A stretch of 64,000 bases of DNA, from IMG/VR virus record IMGVR_UViG_3300035698_026482, positions 1 to 64,000 of that record; one strand, written 5' to 3'. Below, one piece after another: positions 1 through 7,968 of the stretch. The notes beneath the pieces are model-generated. The model saw only the letters and a list, made by a program, of their open reading frames with translations, was not told the origin of the DNA and did no database searches. The translations under genes and the position numbers were made by a program. Position 1 is the stretch's first letter; the number at the start of each line of letters is the position of its first letter. Origin of the DNA: a virus.

Positions 1-773
1 CCAACCGTGATAGAACCAGTCTGGCTTACACCGGCGGCGCCTTCATCGGTCCATAGACCGCCTCCACCTCCGCCAGATCCAGTTACGGCGTGAATTGTGA
101 CAGCACCGTTTGAGGCGCTGGTGATGCGTACATTGTCGCCAGCGACGAAAGCGGATGTGCCATCCACCAGGCGCGTATGTGAGCCAGAGAAGCCTAATGA
201 GGCAGATATAAAGCCATCGATGCCAGCGTCGCCGCCAACCGTGATAGATCCCGTTTGACTGACACCGGCGGCGCCTTCATCGGTCCACAAATTTGCATCG
301 CCAGTGTCGACAAAGACGCCAGTTACGGCATGGATTGTGACAGCGCCATTACTGGCGCTGGTGATACGCACATTGTCGCCCGCGACAAACGCAGACGTAC
401 CATCAATGAGGCGTGTAAGTGAACCAGAAAAGCCGAGCGAGGCAGATACAAAGCCGGCGATGCCCGCATCGCCACCGATCGTGATAGAACCCGTTTGACT
501 GACGCCTTGTGTGCCCTCATCAGTCCACAAGCTAGCATCGCCAGGATCAGTGCCTGTGACAGCATGAAATGTCACAGCCCCATTACTTTCGCTGGTAATG
601 CGTATATTATCGCCAGCAACGAATGCAGATGTGCCGTCGGCTAGGCGCGTGTGTGAACCGCTAAATCCAAGGCTTGCAGTGACTACACCTGAAATGTGAA
701 CAGACGCATCTGTTCCTACGACAGTGAATGCCTTGAAACCGAAGTCACTGTTATATTTGATGATAATCGCCAC
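1..773 (-). CDS. Gly/Ser/Thr-rich repeat protein, probable tail fibre or virion protein (runs off window end)
   Basis: Open minus-strand frame from GTG at 773 to the window edge (MAIIIKYNSDFGFKAFTVVGTDASVHISG...). It contains three 78-80 aa repeats: SASLGFSGSxTRLxDGTSAFVAGDNVRITSASNGAVTIHAVTG...LWTDEGAAGVSQTGSITVGG. It is absent from the ORF track because it has no stop in the window. Confidence 0.7.
   Translation of the reverse strand, partial: MAIIIKYNSDFGFKAFTVVGTDASVHISGVVTASLGFSGSHTRLADGTSAFVAGDNIRITSESNGAVTFHAVTGTDPGDASLWTDEGTQGVSQTGSITIGGDAGIAGFVSASLGFSGSLTRLIDGTSAFVAGDNVRITSASNGAVTIHAVTGVFVDTGDANLWTDEGAAGVSQTGSITVGGDAGIDGFISASLGFSGSHTRLVDGTSAFVAGDNVRITSASNGAVTIHAVTGSGGGGGGLWTDEGAAGVSQTGSITV
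7..690. repeat. Three imperfect in-frame tandem repeats (periods 234 and 240 bp)
   Basis: The gtgataga...tgactgac(a/g)cc block recurs at 7, 241 and 481. Confidence 0.9.
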
Positions 774-839
774 GGACCACCCTAACTATTGTGGGCGGCG
801 CTGGCGGTGCCATTTGCTATTCTATTTTAAGTGCTATTC

Positions 840-1034
840 TTATATTTTTGCGCTGCTAAAGACGACGTTGCCGCTTGGGACAGTGAATTTATTAGTTGCC
901 TTAATCAACCAGAGACCTATATGAAAATCGATAGGGGCAGAAACATGAAATTTATATATGTCTGCGATGTGGACGTTGCTGCGTATGAACCACAGCGTAG
1001 ACATATATCGTTTCGGATGTTGAGATTGCTTCAT
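840..1034 (-). CDS. Microprotein, FxS[AC] family (array C)
   Basis: 64 aa; RYMSTLWF near the N-terminus; ends VFSSAKI*. Confidence 0.75.
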   Translation of the reverse strand: MKQSQHPKRYMSTLWFIRSNVHIADIYKFHVSAPIDFHIGLWLIKATNKFTVPSGNVVFSSAKI

Positions 1035-1035
1035 G

Positions 1036-1221
1036 TCATATACTCATGGTATTCGATGAACCAATAGCCGCACTAGAAAAGTGTAGTTGCGCGCCCTGAG
1101 CTCGCCTAGACGCAATAATCCACTTCGCGAAAGTAGCGGTATCATCAGCGATGCTCAGTACGTCCCCGGCGTACTTGCCTAGGCGCCCCATCAACCACAT
1201 GTCATTATAAACAGTCATCAT
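1036..1221 (-). CDS. Microprotein, FxS[AC] family (array C)
   Basis: 61 aa from MMTVYNDMW; ends HFSSAAIGSSNTMSI*. Confidence 0.75.
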   Translation of the reverse strand: MMTVYNDMWLMGRLGKYAGDVLSIADDTATFAKWIIASRRAQGAQLHFSSAAIGSSNTMSI

Positions 1222-1243
1222 GTTCCCATTGTTTATCGACAGG

Positions 1244-1414
1244 TCACTTCGCCCTATTTTTAATGACGGCGCTGACAAAAATAAGCTTCATATGTCCTTC
1301 GATGTGATATCGATGAAGCAACCATCTTACCATTGAATATGCGGAATCGGCATCACAAAATAGAATTCTTGTTTCTGCGCAGATCCATGTAGTATTATAG
1401 CGGATGCGGTGCAT
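1244..1414 (-). CDS. Microprotein, FxS[AC] family (array C)
   Basis: 56 aa from MHRIRYNTTW; ends IFVSAVIKNRAK*. Confidence 0.75.
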   Translation of the reverse strand: MHRIRYNTTWICAETRILFCDADSAYSMVRWLLHRYHIEGHMKLIFVSAVIKNRAK

Positions 1415-1419
1415 TTTTA

Positions 1420-1605
1420 TTAAGGCAATAATGTTGCAAGCGAACAGGATGAAAAGCAACATAACTGTGGATCAACGGACGTTGAATAACTTATGAAGAA
1501 TGCAATTGTTGTAGCATCATCGCTACATGTTATTAGTTTGCAATAATCTGAACTACAGTTTTGTTGTGATGCATTAAACCACATAACGCTATTATAAATT
1601 GTCAT
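1420..1605 (-). CDS. Microprotein, FxS[AC] family (array C)
   Basis: 61 aa from MTIYNSVMW; ends CFSSCSLATLLP*; ATGA overlap with the upstream gene. Confidence 0.75.
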   Translation of the reverse strand: MTIYNSVMWFNASQQNCSSDYCKLITCSDDATTIAFFISYSTSVDPQLCCFSSCSLATLLP

Positions 1606-1778
1606 ATTGACGAACGTCTTCGTAACGGACAGGACGAAAAATAGTACCGATAGCTGTTCTTTACGCCCGGTCTCTTCAAAAACTTTACAAGGGTGTGAGA
1701 ATCATCGTAATCGTATATTATCCCAACGCCTTTATTGACGTTCGTATAAAGCCACATGATATTATCGTAAGATGTCAT
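1602..1778 (-). CDS. Microprotein, FxS[AC] family (array C; below ORF-track cutoff)
   Basis: 58 aa, translated by hand: MTSYDNIMWLYTNVNKGVGIIYDYDDSHTLVKFLKRPGVKNSYRYYFSSCPLRRRSSI*. Confidence 0.75.
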   Translation of the reverse strand: MTSYDNIMWLYTNVNKGVGIIYDYDDSHTLVKFLKRPGVKNSYRYYFSSCPLRRRSSI

Positions 1779-1953
1779 AACATATTACTATTGCTGGTAC
1801 GACAGCCGACACAAAGTAATAAGAACAATCATGAGGGCCTGCCAATTGTTTCGGTGTACTATGATCATTGCGAACGTAAGGCCATGCCGGGGCCGGCCCA
1901 CTGTAATTGTAATACTCATTATCAATGAACCATTGAGTTTTGTACATGACCAT
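1762..1953 (-). CDS. Microprotein, FxS[AC] family (array C)
   Basis: 63 aa from MVMYKTQWF; contains YFVSAVV near the C-terminus. Confidence 0.75.
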   Translation of the reverse strand: MVMYKTQWFIDNEYYNYSGPAPAWPYVRNDHSTPKQLAGPHDCSYYFVSAVVPAIVICYDILR

Positions 1954-1957
1954 AATG

Positions 1958-2113
1958 CTAGAGTTTTGCAGAAATAAATGCATAAAGAGACGATGTAAAC
2001 CCAAGCCATTCAGCCATCTCGCAAGGCAAGTCTTCATCATATATTATAATACATTTATCGGGTTCTTGCGAATCATAGACTCGATGTGCGAACCATTGCG
2101 TTTTGTACTTCAT
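1958..2113 (-). CDS. Microprotein, FxS[AC] family (array C)
   Basis: 51 aa from MKYKTQWF; ends AFISAKL*; ATGA overlap. Confidence 0.75.
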   Translation of the reverse strand: MKYKTQWFAHRVYDSQEPDKCIIIYDEDLPCEMAEWLGFTSSLYAFISAKL

Positions 2114-2283
2114 TGACTTACAATTGTTGCAGACACGAACCATGGCCTACGTTGACCTGTGAGTTGATATGCGTATGTTACCATGACAGCAGCCTCTACG
2201 TTAATTGTCCAGCTGCTGGACGAGCGATGCACGTCGGGCGGAAAGCTAGGTGGGCGAAGGTATTGAATGCGATACGTTTTCAT
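2110..2283 (-). CDS. Microprotein, FxS[AC] family (array C; below ORF-track cutoff)
   Basis: 57 aa, translated by hand: MKTYRIQYLRPPSFPPDVHRSSSSWTINVEAAVMVTYAYQLTGQRRPWFVSATIVSQ*. Confidence 0.75.
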   Translation of the reverse strand: MKTYRIQYLRPPSFPPDVHRSSSSWTINVEAAVMVTYAYQLTGQRRPWFVSATIVSQ

Positions 2284-2285
2284 GT

Positions 2286-2489
2286 TCAACGCTGCGTGAT
2301 CTGATGTATTGGCGCTGAAGAGAATTCAAGATGTGTCGATGAGCCTGTCCTGTAACTGCAGCTCACATAGTAATATAGTAACAGTGAACTTTTACCTGGC
2401 CAAACGTTAGTGGCCCATGTTTTCTTTGCCATACGTTCGTTCCCAGGGCACGAAGACAAAATATCATATATGTGAATATCTCTATTCAT
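2286..2489 (-). CDS. Microprotein, FxS[AC] family (array C)
   Basis: 67 aa from MNRDIHIY, overlapping the endonuclease stop; ends EFSSAPIHQITQR*. Confidence 0.7.
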   Translation of the reverse strand: MNRDIHIYDILSSCPGNERMAKKTWATNVWPGKSSLLLYYYVSCSYRTGSSTHLEFSSAPIHQITQR

Positions 2490-3525
2490 ACACGCCTGCT
2501 TTGAGCTCGCCGATGAAGTGAACACCGGGTGTGGGATTCGAGATGATGTCGTAGAGTTTACCCACGCATTCGCCCCTGAATCTACCGCGCTGCAGCCATT
2601 GATCGTATGAAATGCGAATTAGGCAATACCCTAACCGTGGTAATGTCACGTTTAGTTCATGATCTTTTAATTGATTCTTTTCTAGCTTTTGATTTTTGAA
2701 TATGGCTTTAAAATGATGTTGGCCGTCATATTCAATAACAATTTTTAATTGTTCGCTACAAATGTCAAAATAGCGACGTTGTGAACTGACTGATTTAAAC
2801 GATGCATGCTTTTTTCGCACATTAAGCCGAAAATCAGCCGCATCAATTAGCGCATTAACTAAACGATGCAATTCAATTTGAGGTTTTGATGTATGCACAC
2901 CCGTTTTCTGCATTGCATCAATGCATTTAGCAAATTCTTCTGGATTCTCTTCACGCCAACGCTTAAGATTCGTCGACCGTTGAGCTTGAATTTCTGGCCG
3001 CATTGATGTAATTTTTGCGACCCTAGAACTACGTTGGCGCGCTGTATCAGTTTGGTTAAGTTCACCTAACAATTTGGATCGGCGATCTCGTTCGTCGGGA
3101 TTCGACATAATCGCATCAGATACTGTCTGACCCATCTTTACGCGATATTCTGTTAAATCATCGCCATTTGCTTTGGCTCGATTAATCCAGTCGCTATTAT
3201 ATTTGTTTTGTTCGCTGTATCGCTCTGTAGTTGCAGCACACTTTATTGGACCATAGGCTTCAATATACTCATCTTTTGCAAGTCCATGTTCACGTTTAAC
3301 ATGCGCTGTCAGGCTTTTTGCGGCGAGATTACAAATTGCGCAGCGCACAAAATCAACGCCTTCAATGCGTCCCTTGAACTTGCATTTCGGTTCATGCGTC
3401 CTTAGCGCGCCTAGGACGTTGTATTGCTTTCCGCAATGCTGACAACATCCAGGTCTTGACGGACGATCTTCCTGATCGGAAGCATTTGTCCGCATGTCGT
3501 TCTGAACTTGTGATTCGGTGTGCAT
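2482..3525 (-). CDS. Zinc-finger plus Vsr/DUF559-like putative homing endonuclease
   Basis: N-terminal CxxC..H zinc fingers; C-terminal FDI...KIVIEYDGQHHF...GYCLIRISY. Follows an IntN-bearing dnaE fragment. The start may be ATG 3495. Confidence 0.75.
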   Translation of the reverse strand: MHTESQVQNDMRTNASDQEDRPSRPGCCQHCGKQYNVLGALRTHEPKCKFKGRIEGVDFVRCAICNLAAKSLTAHVKREHGLAKDEYIEAYGPIKCAATTERYSEQNKYNSDWINRAKANGDDLTEYRVKMGQTVSDAIMSNPDERDRRSKLLGELNQTDTARQRSSRVAKITSMRPEIQAQRSTNLKRWREENPEEFAKCIDAMQKTGVHTSKPQIELHRLVNALIDAADFRLNVRKKHASFKSVSSQRRYFDICSEQLKIVIEYDGQHHFKAIFKNQKLEKNQLKDHELNVTLPRLGYCLIRISYDQWLQRGRFRGECVGKLYDIISNPTPGVHFIGELKAGVYE

Positions 3526-4103
3526 TCTATCGTGCTCCCATCGTCGAAGGTGTATTTGATAACCTCGAGTGTGCCATGGTCATGTAATGCCTTGACCTCA
3601 ACAAAGATATCTTTGCCTGTTGTTTCATCTCGTGACCGAACATATTCACCGGCATTCATATCAATTATACTACGGGTTGCAACGTATGTACCACTAGAGT
3701 CATATGTATTTATACGCGCAGAAGCCGTGACCGACCGATTGAAGCCGTAGCCACTAAAAAACTGCATCTTATCCCAGAGCTCTTCGACCTGATGATCTGT
3801 AAGCCCCATTTCCATTGCGCCCTTCTTAAATTCAGCCTTGATTCGAAAGCCTTCTGCGGCCTTTTTAGAGTTAACGTCAGTACCAATCGATTTCTTCACG
3901 AGAATACTGCGAAGTCTATCGCAATCGTCCCAACTAAGCCCAAACTCCTTTCCGATAAGCATAAAACTTTCCTGGAAGCAGTTGTGAACAACAATGTCGT
4001 TTGCAATGAAATTCGAATTATTTTTAATTGTTAAATCGTAAACACGTTGTGGCGCTTTCAATTTTTTGATTGATGAAAGTCGTAATGTCTTTGTTTTTTG
4101 CAT
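3411..4103 (-). CDS. dnaE: DNA polymerase III alpha fragment 4: IntC (3981-4103), 82-aa DnaE extein, IntN (3411-3734)
   Basis: VYDLTIKNNSNFIANDIVVHN|CFQESFML (the DnaE YQEQ region) ... FSGYGFNR|SVTASARI...IECTPNHKFRT (intein block B). Confidence 0.88.
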   Translation of the reverse strand: MQKTKTLRLSSIKKLKAPQRVYDLTIKNNSNFIANDIVVHNCFQESFMLIGKEFGLSWDDCDRLRSILVKKSIGTDVNSKKAAEGFRIKAEFKKGAMEMGLTDHQVEELWDKMQFFSGYGFNRSVTASARINTYDSSGTYVATRSIIDMNAGEYVRSRDETTGKDIFVEVKALHDHGTLEVIKYTFDDGSTIECTPNHKFRTTCGQMLPIRKIVRQDLDVVSIAESNTTS

Positions 4104-4959
4104 ATGTTTTAAGTTCCGTTAAGAAGTGCTGCGATTCAGAATGCCAAACTCTTATAATATTGAATCCGCAATTTATTGCATGTGTCGTGTATCGCCTATC
4201 AATGTGATATTGTGCTTTCATGCGAGGAGATAATGCGTATAATTTCGGGTTGCCGTGCCAATAGTCTCCATCGAACTCAATAATCAAATTAAACTCAGGT
4301 ATAAAAATATCGTATTGGTGTCCACACGCATCGATCATATACCCTTGCTTGACTGTAAAATCAGTAAACTTCTCTAGAGCTCCGACAAATTCACATTCTG
4401 CAATAGAAACGCTCTCTTGTTTTTTCCTGGTCGCAGCGGCTGCTTTCGCAATTTGGCTATATTCTTCACGCTTTTTAGTATTGCAATGAATTCGCGTTTT
4501 GTGAACCTTGAGTCCTCGGGCGCTATATGTTTTTTTTGTATCGCATAGCTCGCATACCGTGCGAGGCTTATTATTATCAGTCGATGAGCAGTACGACTTA
4601 TGGGCTTTAAGCGATGTGTTTTTCGAAAAAACCTGTTGGCATTTACCACATTTGAACTCGCCAAATTTTACAACATTTTTGTACTGCTTCGATTCATTTT
4701 GATTTGCTATCCATGCGTCTGTTAATTTCCTGCCTGCGTACCTGGCACTGAGGCCCTTATCTCTACATTCGTATGAGCAATATTTTGCGCTTTCGCGACC
4801 CGCTTTAAATTGCTCATTACAAACGGGGCAATTAAAATCATTTTTCTTTTTTGTTTGATTTATGCCTCGTAATTTAGCTCCGCAGGCGGTCGAGCACGTT
4901 TTATTTCTGCGCGATGAAAATAGGCTGTTACAAATTGGGCAATGCTCTTGGAGTATCAT
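4024..4959 (-). CDS. Zinc-finger plus Vsr/DUF559-like putative homing endonuclease
   Basis: CSxxC and C2H2 motifs; YDIFIPEFNLIIEFDGDYWHG...GFNIIRVW. Lies between the two halves of a split intein. Confidence 0.8.
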   Translation of the reverse strand: MILQEHCPICNSLFSSRRNKTCSTACGAKLRGINQTKKKNDFNCPVCNEQFKAGRESAKYCSYECRDKGLSARYAGRKLTDAWIANQNESKQYKNVVKFGEFKCGKCQQVFSKNTSLKAHKSYCSSTDNNKPRTVCELCDTKKTYSARGLKVHKTRIHCNTKKREEYSQIAKAAAATRKKQESVSIAECEFVGALEKFTDFTVKQGYMIDACGHQYDIFIPEFNLIIEFDGDYWHGNPKLYALSPRMKAQYHIDRRYTTHAINCGFNIIRVWHSESQHFLTELKTYAKNKDITTFINQKIESATTCLRFNN

Positions 4960-5615
4960 GTGCCGATAAGTATATGTTCGGTTGTTAATGCCCTAGCCTC
5001 AATCCACCCAATGGTAGTGAGAATAGGATGATCTTCTGTGCATTTCAATGTGCGACCATCATCAAAGCACAATTCAATTACATTTTTTAGTCCATTATCA
5101 TGCCATCCAATAATCGTATCACATTCGAACGAGCTTAATTCTGTGTTATAAGATAAAACTTCGTAAGGCTTTCTTGACTCAACCAGATCGCTAATTTTCT
5201 TTTTTTCCCCAGATGCAAGTGTCACAAAAGTATCACCAGTGATACACATATGTCCATACGTGTCACCAAGCACCTTTTCGATTGCCGGGTGAATATACTC
5301 TAGCTTTTCGCCGGCCTCAACTCTTTCCTTATCAGTGACGTAGGCCTTGTCAACGCCTGCGCTTAGCGGTCCTGGACGATAAATCGAAGATAGAGCAGCA
5401 AGATCGACAATCGAGCGAGGCTTAGCTTTTTGCATGAGATTTTGCATGCCTCTCTCTGTCGCCTGAAACACTGCGGCCCATTTACCATCATGAAAGACGT
5501 TTTCATACACACGCTGATCATTAAGATCGCAAGATTCGGCGTCTAGATTTTCATTGAACCACGCCTTGATATCCGTAAACTCAGGCACAATCTTTTTTGT
5601 AATCTTGGGCTTCAT
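4956..5615 (-). CDS. dnaE: DNA polymerase III alpha fragment 3: DnaE extein plus IntN (4956-5246)
   Basis: VFQ...DLAALSSIYRPGPL...LGDTYGHM|CITGDTFVTLASG...LKCTEDHPILT. Confidence 0.9.
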   Translation of the reverse strand: MKPKITKKIVPEFTDIKAWFNENLDAESCDLNDQRVYENVFHDGKWAAVFQATERGMQNLMQKAKPRSIVDLAALSSIYRPGPLSAGVDKAYVTDKERVEAGEKLEYIHPAIEKVLGDTYGHMCITGDTFVTLASGEKKKISDLVESRKPYEVLSYNTELSSFECDTIIGWHDNGLKNVIELCFDDGRTLKCTEDHPILTTIGWIEARALTTEHILIGT

Positions 5616-5624
5616 ATATCTATT

Positions 5625-7247
5625 TTACATCTGGTTGTCATAAATGTACGCCAGATTATGCATTCCCCATATCTTAACAACACCATTGACTTCGGCAACC
5701 TGTGCTTCTGTTAACCCACCCGGTTTATCTGCACGATATTTGAATCGATTAAATCGTTGTGAAAAGTCTGTCCACCAAAATCGAAGTTGCGGTCTTAAAT
5801 CGACCTTCGCGAATCCTGATTTCTCGTATCCAATGCCAGATCCGCCTAGACGTGTGTCAACATACGTTATAAGTGATCCGTGTGATTTGCAGCGTGATAA
5901 AAGCTTGCTCATGCCGCCGACGACCTGCGTGTTAAGTTGAAATGCTATTCTGGCGACTTCTGTGTAGTTTTTCCACTTTTTGTGAAATGGTCTTCTCAAT
6001 GTGGCGGCGCCAACGAGCTGGTCTTCGCAATATAGTCCATATGCATGTGAACAAGGTGTAGATCCGCCTATATGTGTTTCATTCAAAAATGCATGAGCGA
6101 GCTTATTTTCGATCTTTTTTATTGTGCAATGACGAGCGTAAATTCGTTTAGAATTTCCTAAGCGATGCGCGATCATCGATTTAATGATGGGTTGCTTAAA
6201 TTTCCATTCATCTTCGAAAATCTGAAATAGGCTCACATGCTTTTCTTTGCATGCTTTCCATTTTTGAATGTGAGCGTCTTGGTCAATTCGCAATTCATTA
6301 TGCCAATAAAGTCCATGACATTCAATTGCAAACTGTTTTGATTCGACCCATATATCAAGTTCTTTGGGCGATATAACTGTTCGATCATCAAGCACGGCGT
6401 TGTGCGTCAAGCAAACGTAATCATAAACGTCTCGTTGCCATTTACTGCTTGGTGTACATTTCGGACATGCATCGTCAGTGAATAATGCAGATAATGCTCG
6501 CTTCATTTGTGCATTGCAATTACGACATTTGATGTCAACACGCTGTGTTACACAGTTATATTGACGAACTATTTCATTGCTGTCAAACTCGAATAGTTCG
6601 TATGCTGATGCTAAACGCTCTAGGATAACGCCTTCATTCAGCTTTCTTTTTTCGCTTATTTTTTGTTTGATCTCATCAGCATTTTTGCCATGCGTCCAAT
6701 GAGATCCAGATAAAAGCGTCTTACTAATTGCTTTGCCCAATGTTACAAGGCCATCATGTGTACTTTTATCATGACCAGCATGCCATTGTGTTCTTTTACC
6801 GCTAGCGAATTTTTGCTTCATCGATATTGAGCGTTTAATTGCTGCAAGGGCAATATTTTCATGCGTTTCCTTTGTGCGTCCAGCGTTCCAATGACCACCG
6901 CGTTCAACAATATTCTTTTTTATCGCTTTTGATATTTTTGCGACGCTGACATTGTTATCTTTTGTAAGCCCCGCATTCCACGCTGGCTTATAATTTTTCT
7001 TACGTGAAATAGCGGCTTTTTCTGCGCCCCATATTTTTGAACAAGGCAGACAATATGGCTGGTAGCCCTTTTGCAACGTTACAAATTTAGTGGCTGTCTT
7101 ACATTTGCCGCATGAGCCCATATCGGGAAATAACGCATCATAAACATTTTGTGATGTTAGACCATGTGCTCGAGAAGCGTGAATCCGCAATGAATTGTAT
7201 GATTTACAATTCTTTCCACAGTCCGGGCACTTCAACAATGTCGTCAT
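5625..7247 (-). CDS. Putative homing endonuclease (C2H2 finger, WNxG repeats, Vsr-like nuclease, C-terminal GNAT-like domain)
   Basis: DRTVISPKELDIWV...FAIECHGLYWH; IYARHC; EVARIAF...VVGGMSKLL. Confidence 0.75.
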   Translation of the reverse strand: MTTLLKCPDCGKNCKSYNSLRIHASRAHGLTSQNVYDALFPDMGSCGKCKTATKFVTLQKGYQPYCLPCSKIWGAEKAAISRKKNYKPAWNAGLTKDNNVSVAKISKAIKKNIVERGGHWNAGRTKETHENIALAAIKRSISMKQKFASGKRTQWHAGHDKSTHDGLVTLGKAISKTLLSGSHWTHGKNADEIKQKISEKRKLNEGVILERLASAYELFEFDSNEIVRQYNCVTQRVDIKCRNCNAQMKRALSALFTDDACPKCTPSSKWQRDVYDYVCLTHNAVLDDRTVISPKELDIWVESKQFAIECHGLYWHNELRIDQDAHIQKWKACKEKHVSLFQIFEDEWKFKQPIIKSMIAHRLGNSKRIYARHCTIKKIENKLAHAFLNETHIGGSTPCSHAYGLYCEDQLVGAATLRRPFHKKWKNYTEVARIAFQLNTQVVGGMSKLLSRCKSHGSLITYVDTRLGGSGIGYEKSGFAKVDLRPQLRFWWTDFSQRFNRFKYRADKPGGLTEAQVAEVNGVVKIWGMHNLAYIYDNQM

Positions 7248-7968
7248 TTTCAGTTAGCTCCTTCACAGACTTTGTAGTGCCATCAGATAGATTCACCACT
7301 GAATTACCTAACAGGTTGAATGTTTGTTCGCCTAGTTTAATTTCAAACATGTCGCCTTCCTTTTTCCATTTGCGTCTAAGAATCAGGTCGATTGCACGAT
7401 CAATTACGCGTAATGTCTTAAGACCCAAAAGGTCGAATTTGATCCAACCAAATTTCTCAAGGTGCCTATAGTGCAGCCCCTCTGTCCAGGGAGTTTGAAT
7501 CTCGCCGCGAATTTTAATAACAGGCATTCTTGCTTGAATGTTCTCCGATACAATAACACCACCTGCATGACGACCGATCGCCTTATTTTGCTTGAACAGA
7601 ACCTTGATGTGTTCACCAACTTGCGGATACTTTTCGATATATTCTCGGAAGCCCTTTGAATGCGCCATGGCATCATCAAAGCGTAGCACGAAAACGTTCT
7701 TGTCATCGCCCTTCTTTTGCGTTGCCCGCATGACCTCACGCTCAACACCCTTGGTCGCTTGGTTCGTCTCGGAGAAATCAATGCCATAAAACTTTGAAAT
7801 ATCCTTTACCAGCGACTTCAGTTGTAGTGTATTATAGTTAGAAATCGGCACAACGTTTTCAGTGCCAAATTTATCACGAAGCAAGTGCTTTAATTTGTCA
7901 TTATCGGCAACATCGGAATTATGCGATGCTATTGACAACCCTTGTTTCAAAAAAGAATGACGAATCAT
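7204..7968 (-). CDS. dnaE: DNA polymerase III alpha fragment 2: 17-aa IntC plus DnaE palm region
   Basis: MIRHSFLKQGLSIASHN|SDVAD...GRHAGGVIV...KFDLLGLKTL. The start at 7968 is supported by a consensus promoter immediately upstream; the ORF track starts at 8007. Confidence 0.88.
   Translation of the reverse strand: MIRHSFLKQGLSIASHNSDVADNDKLKHLLRDKFGTENVVPISNYNTLQLKSLVKDISKFYGIDFSETNQATKGVEREVMRATQKKGDDKNVFVLRFDDAMAHSKGFREYIEKYPQVGEHIKVLFKQNKAIGRHAGGVIVSENIQARMPVIKIRGEIQTPWTEGLHYRHLEKFGWIKFDLLGLKTLRVIDRAIDLILRRKWKKEGDMFEIKLGEQTFNLLGNSVVNLSDGTTKSVKELTENDDIVEVPGLWKEL

Noticed and set aside
304-565. Short ORFs 304-498 (+) and 323-565 (-) in the track
   Set aside because: They are shadows of the repeat-protein frame.
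5615-7250. Group I intron interrupting dnaE between fragments 2 and 3
   Set aside because: The endonuclease ORF fills the whole gap (44-nt overlap on one side, 9-nt spacer on the other), leaving no room for ribozyme core elements.
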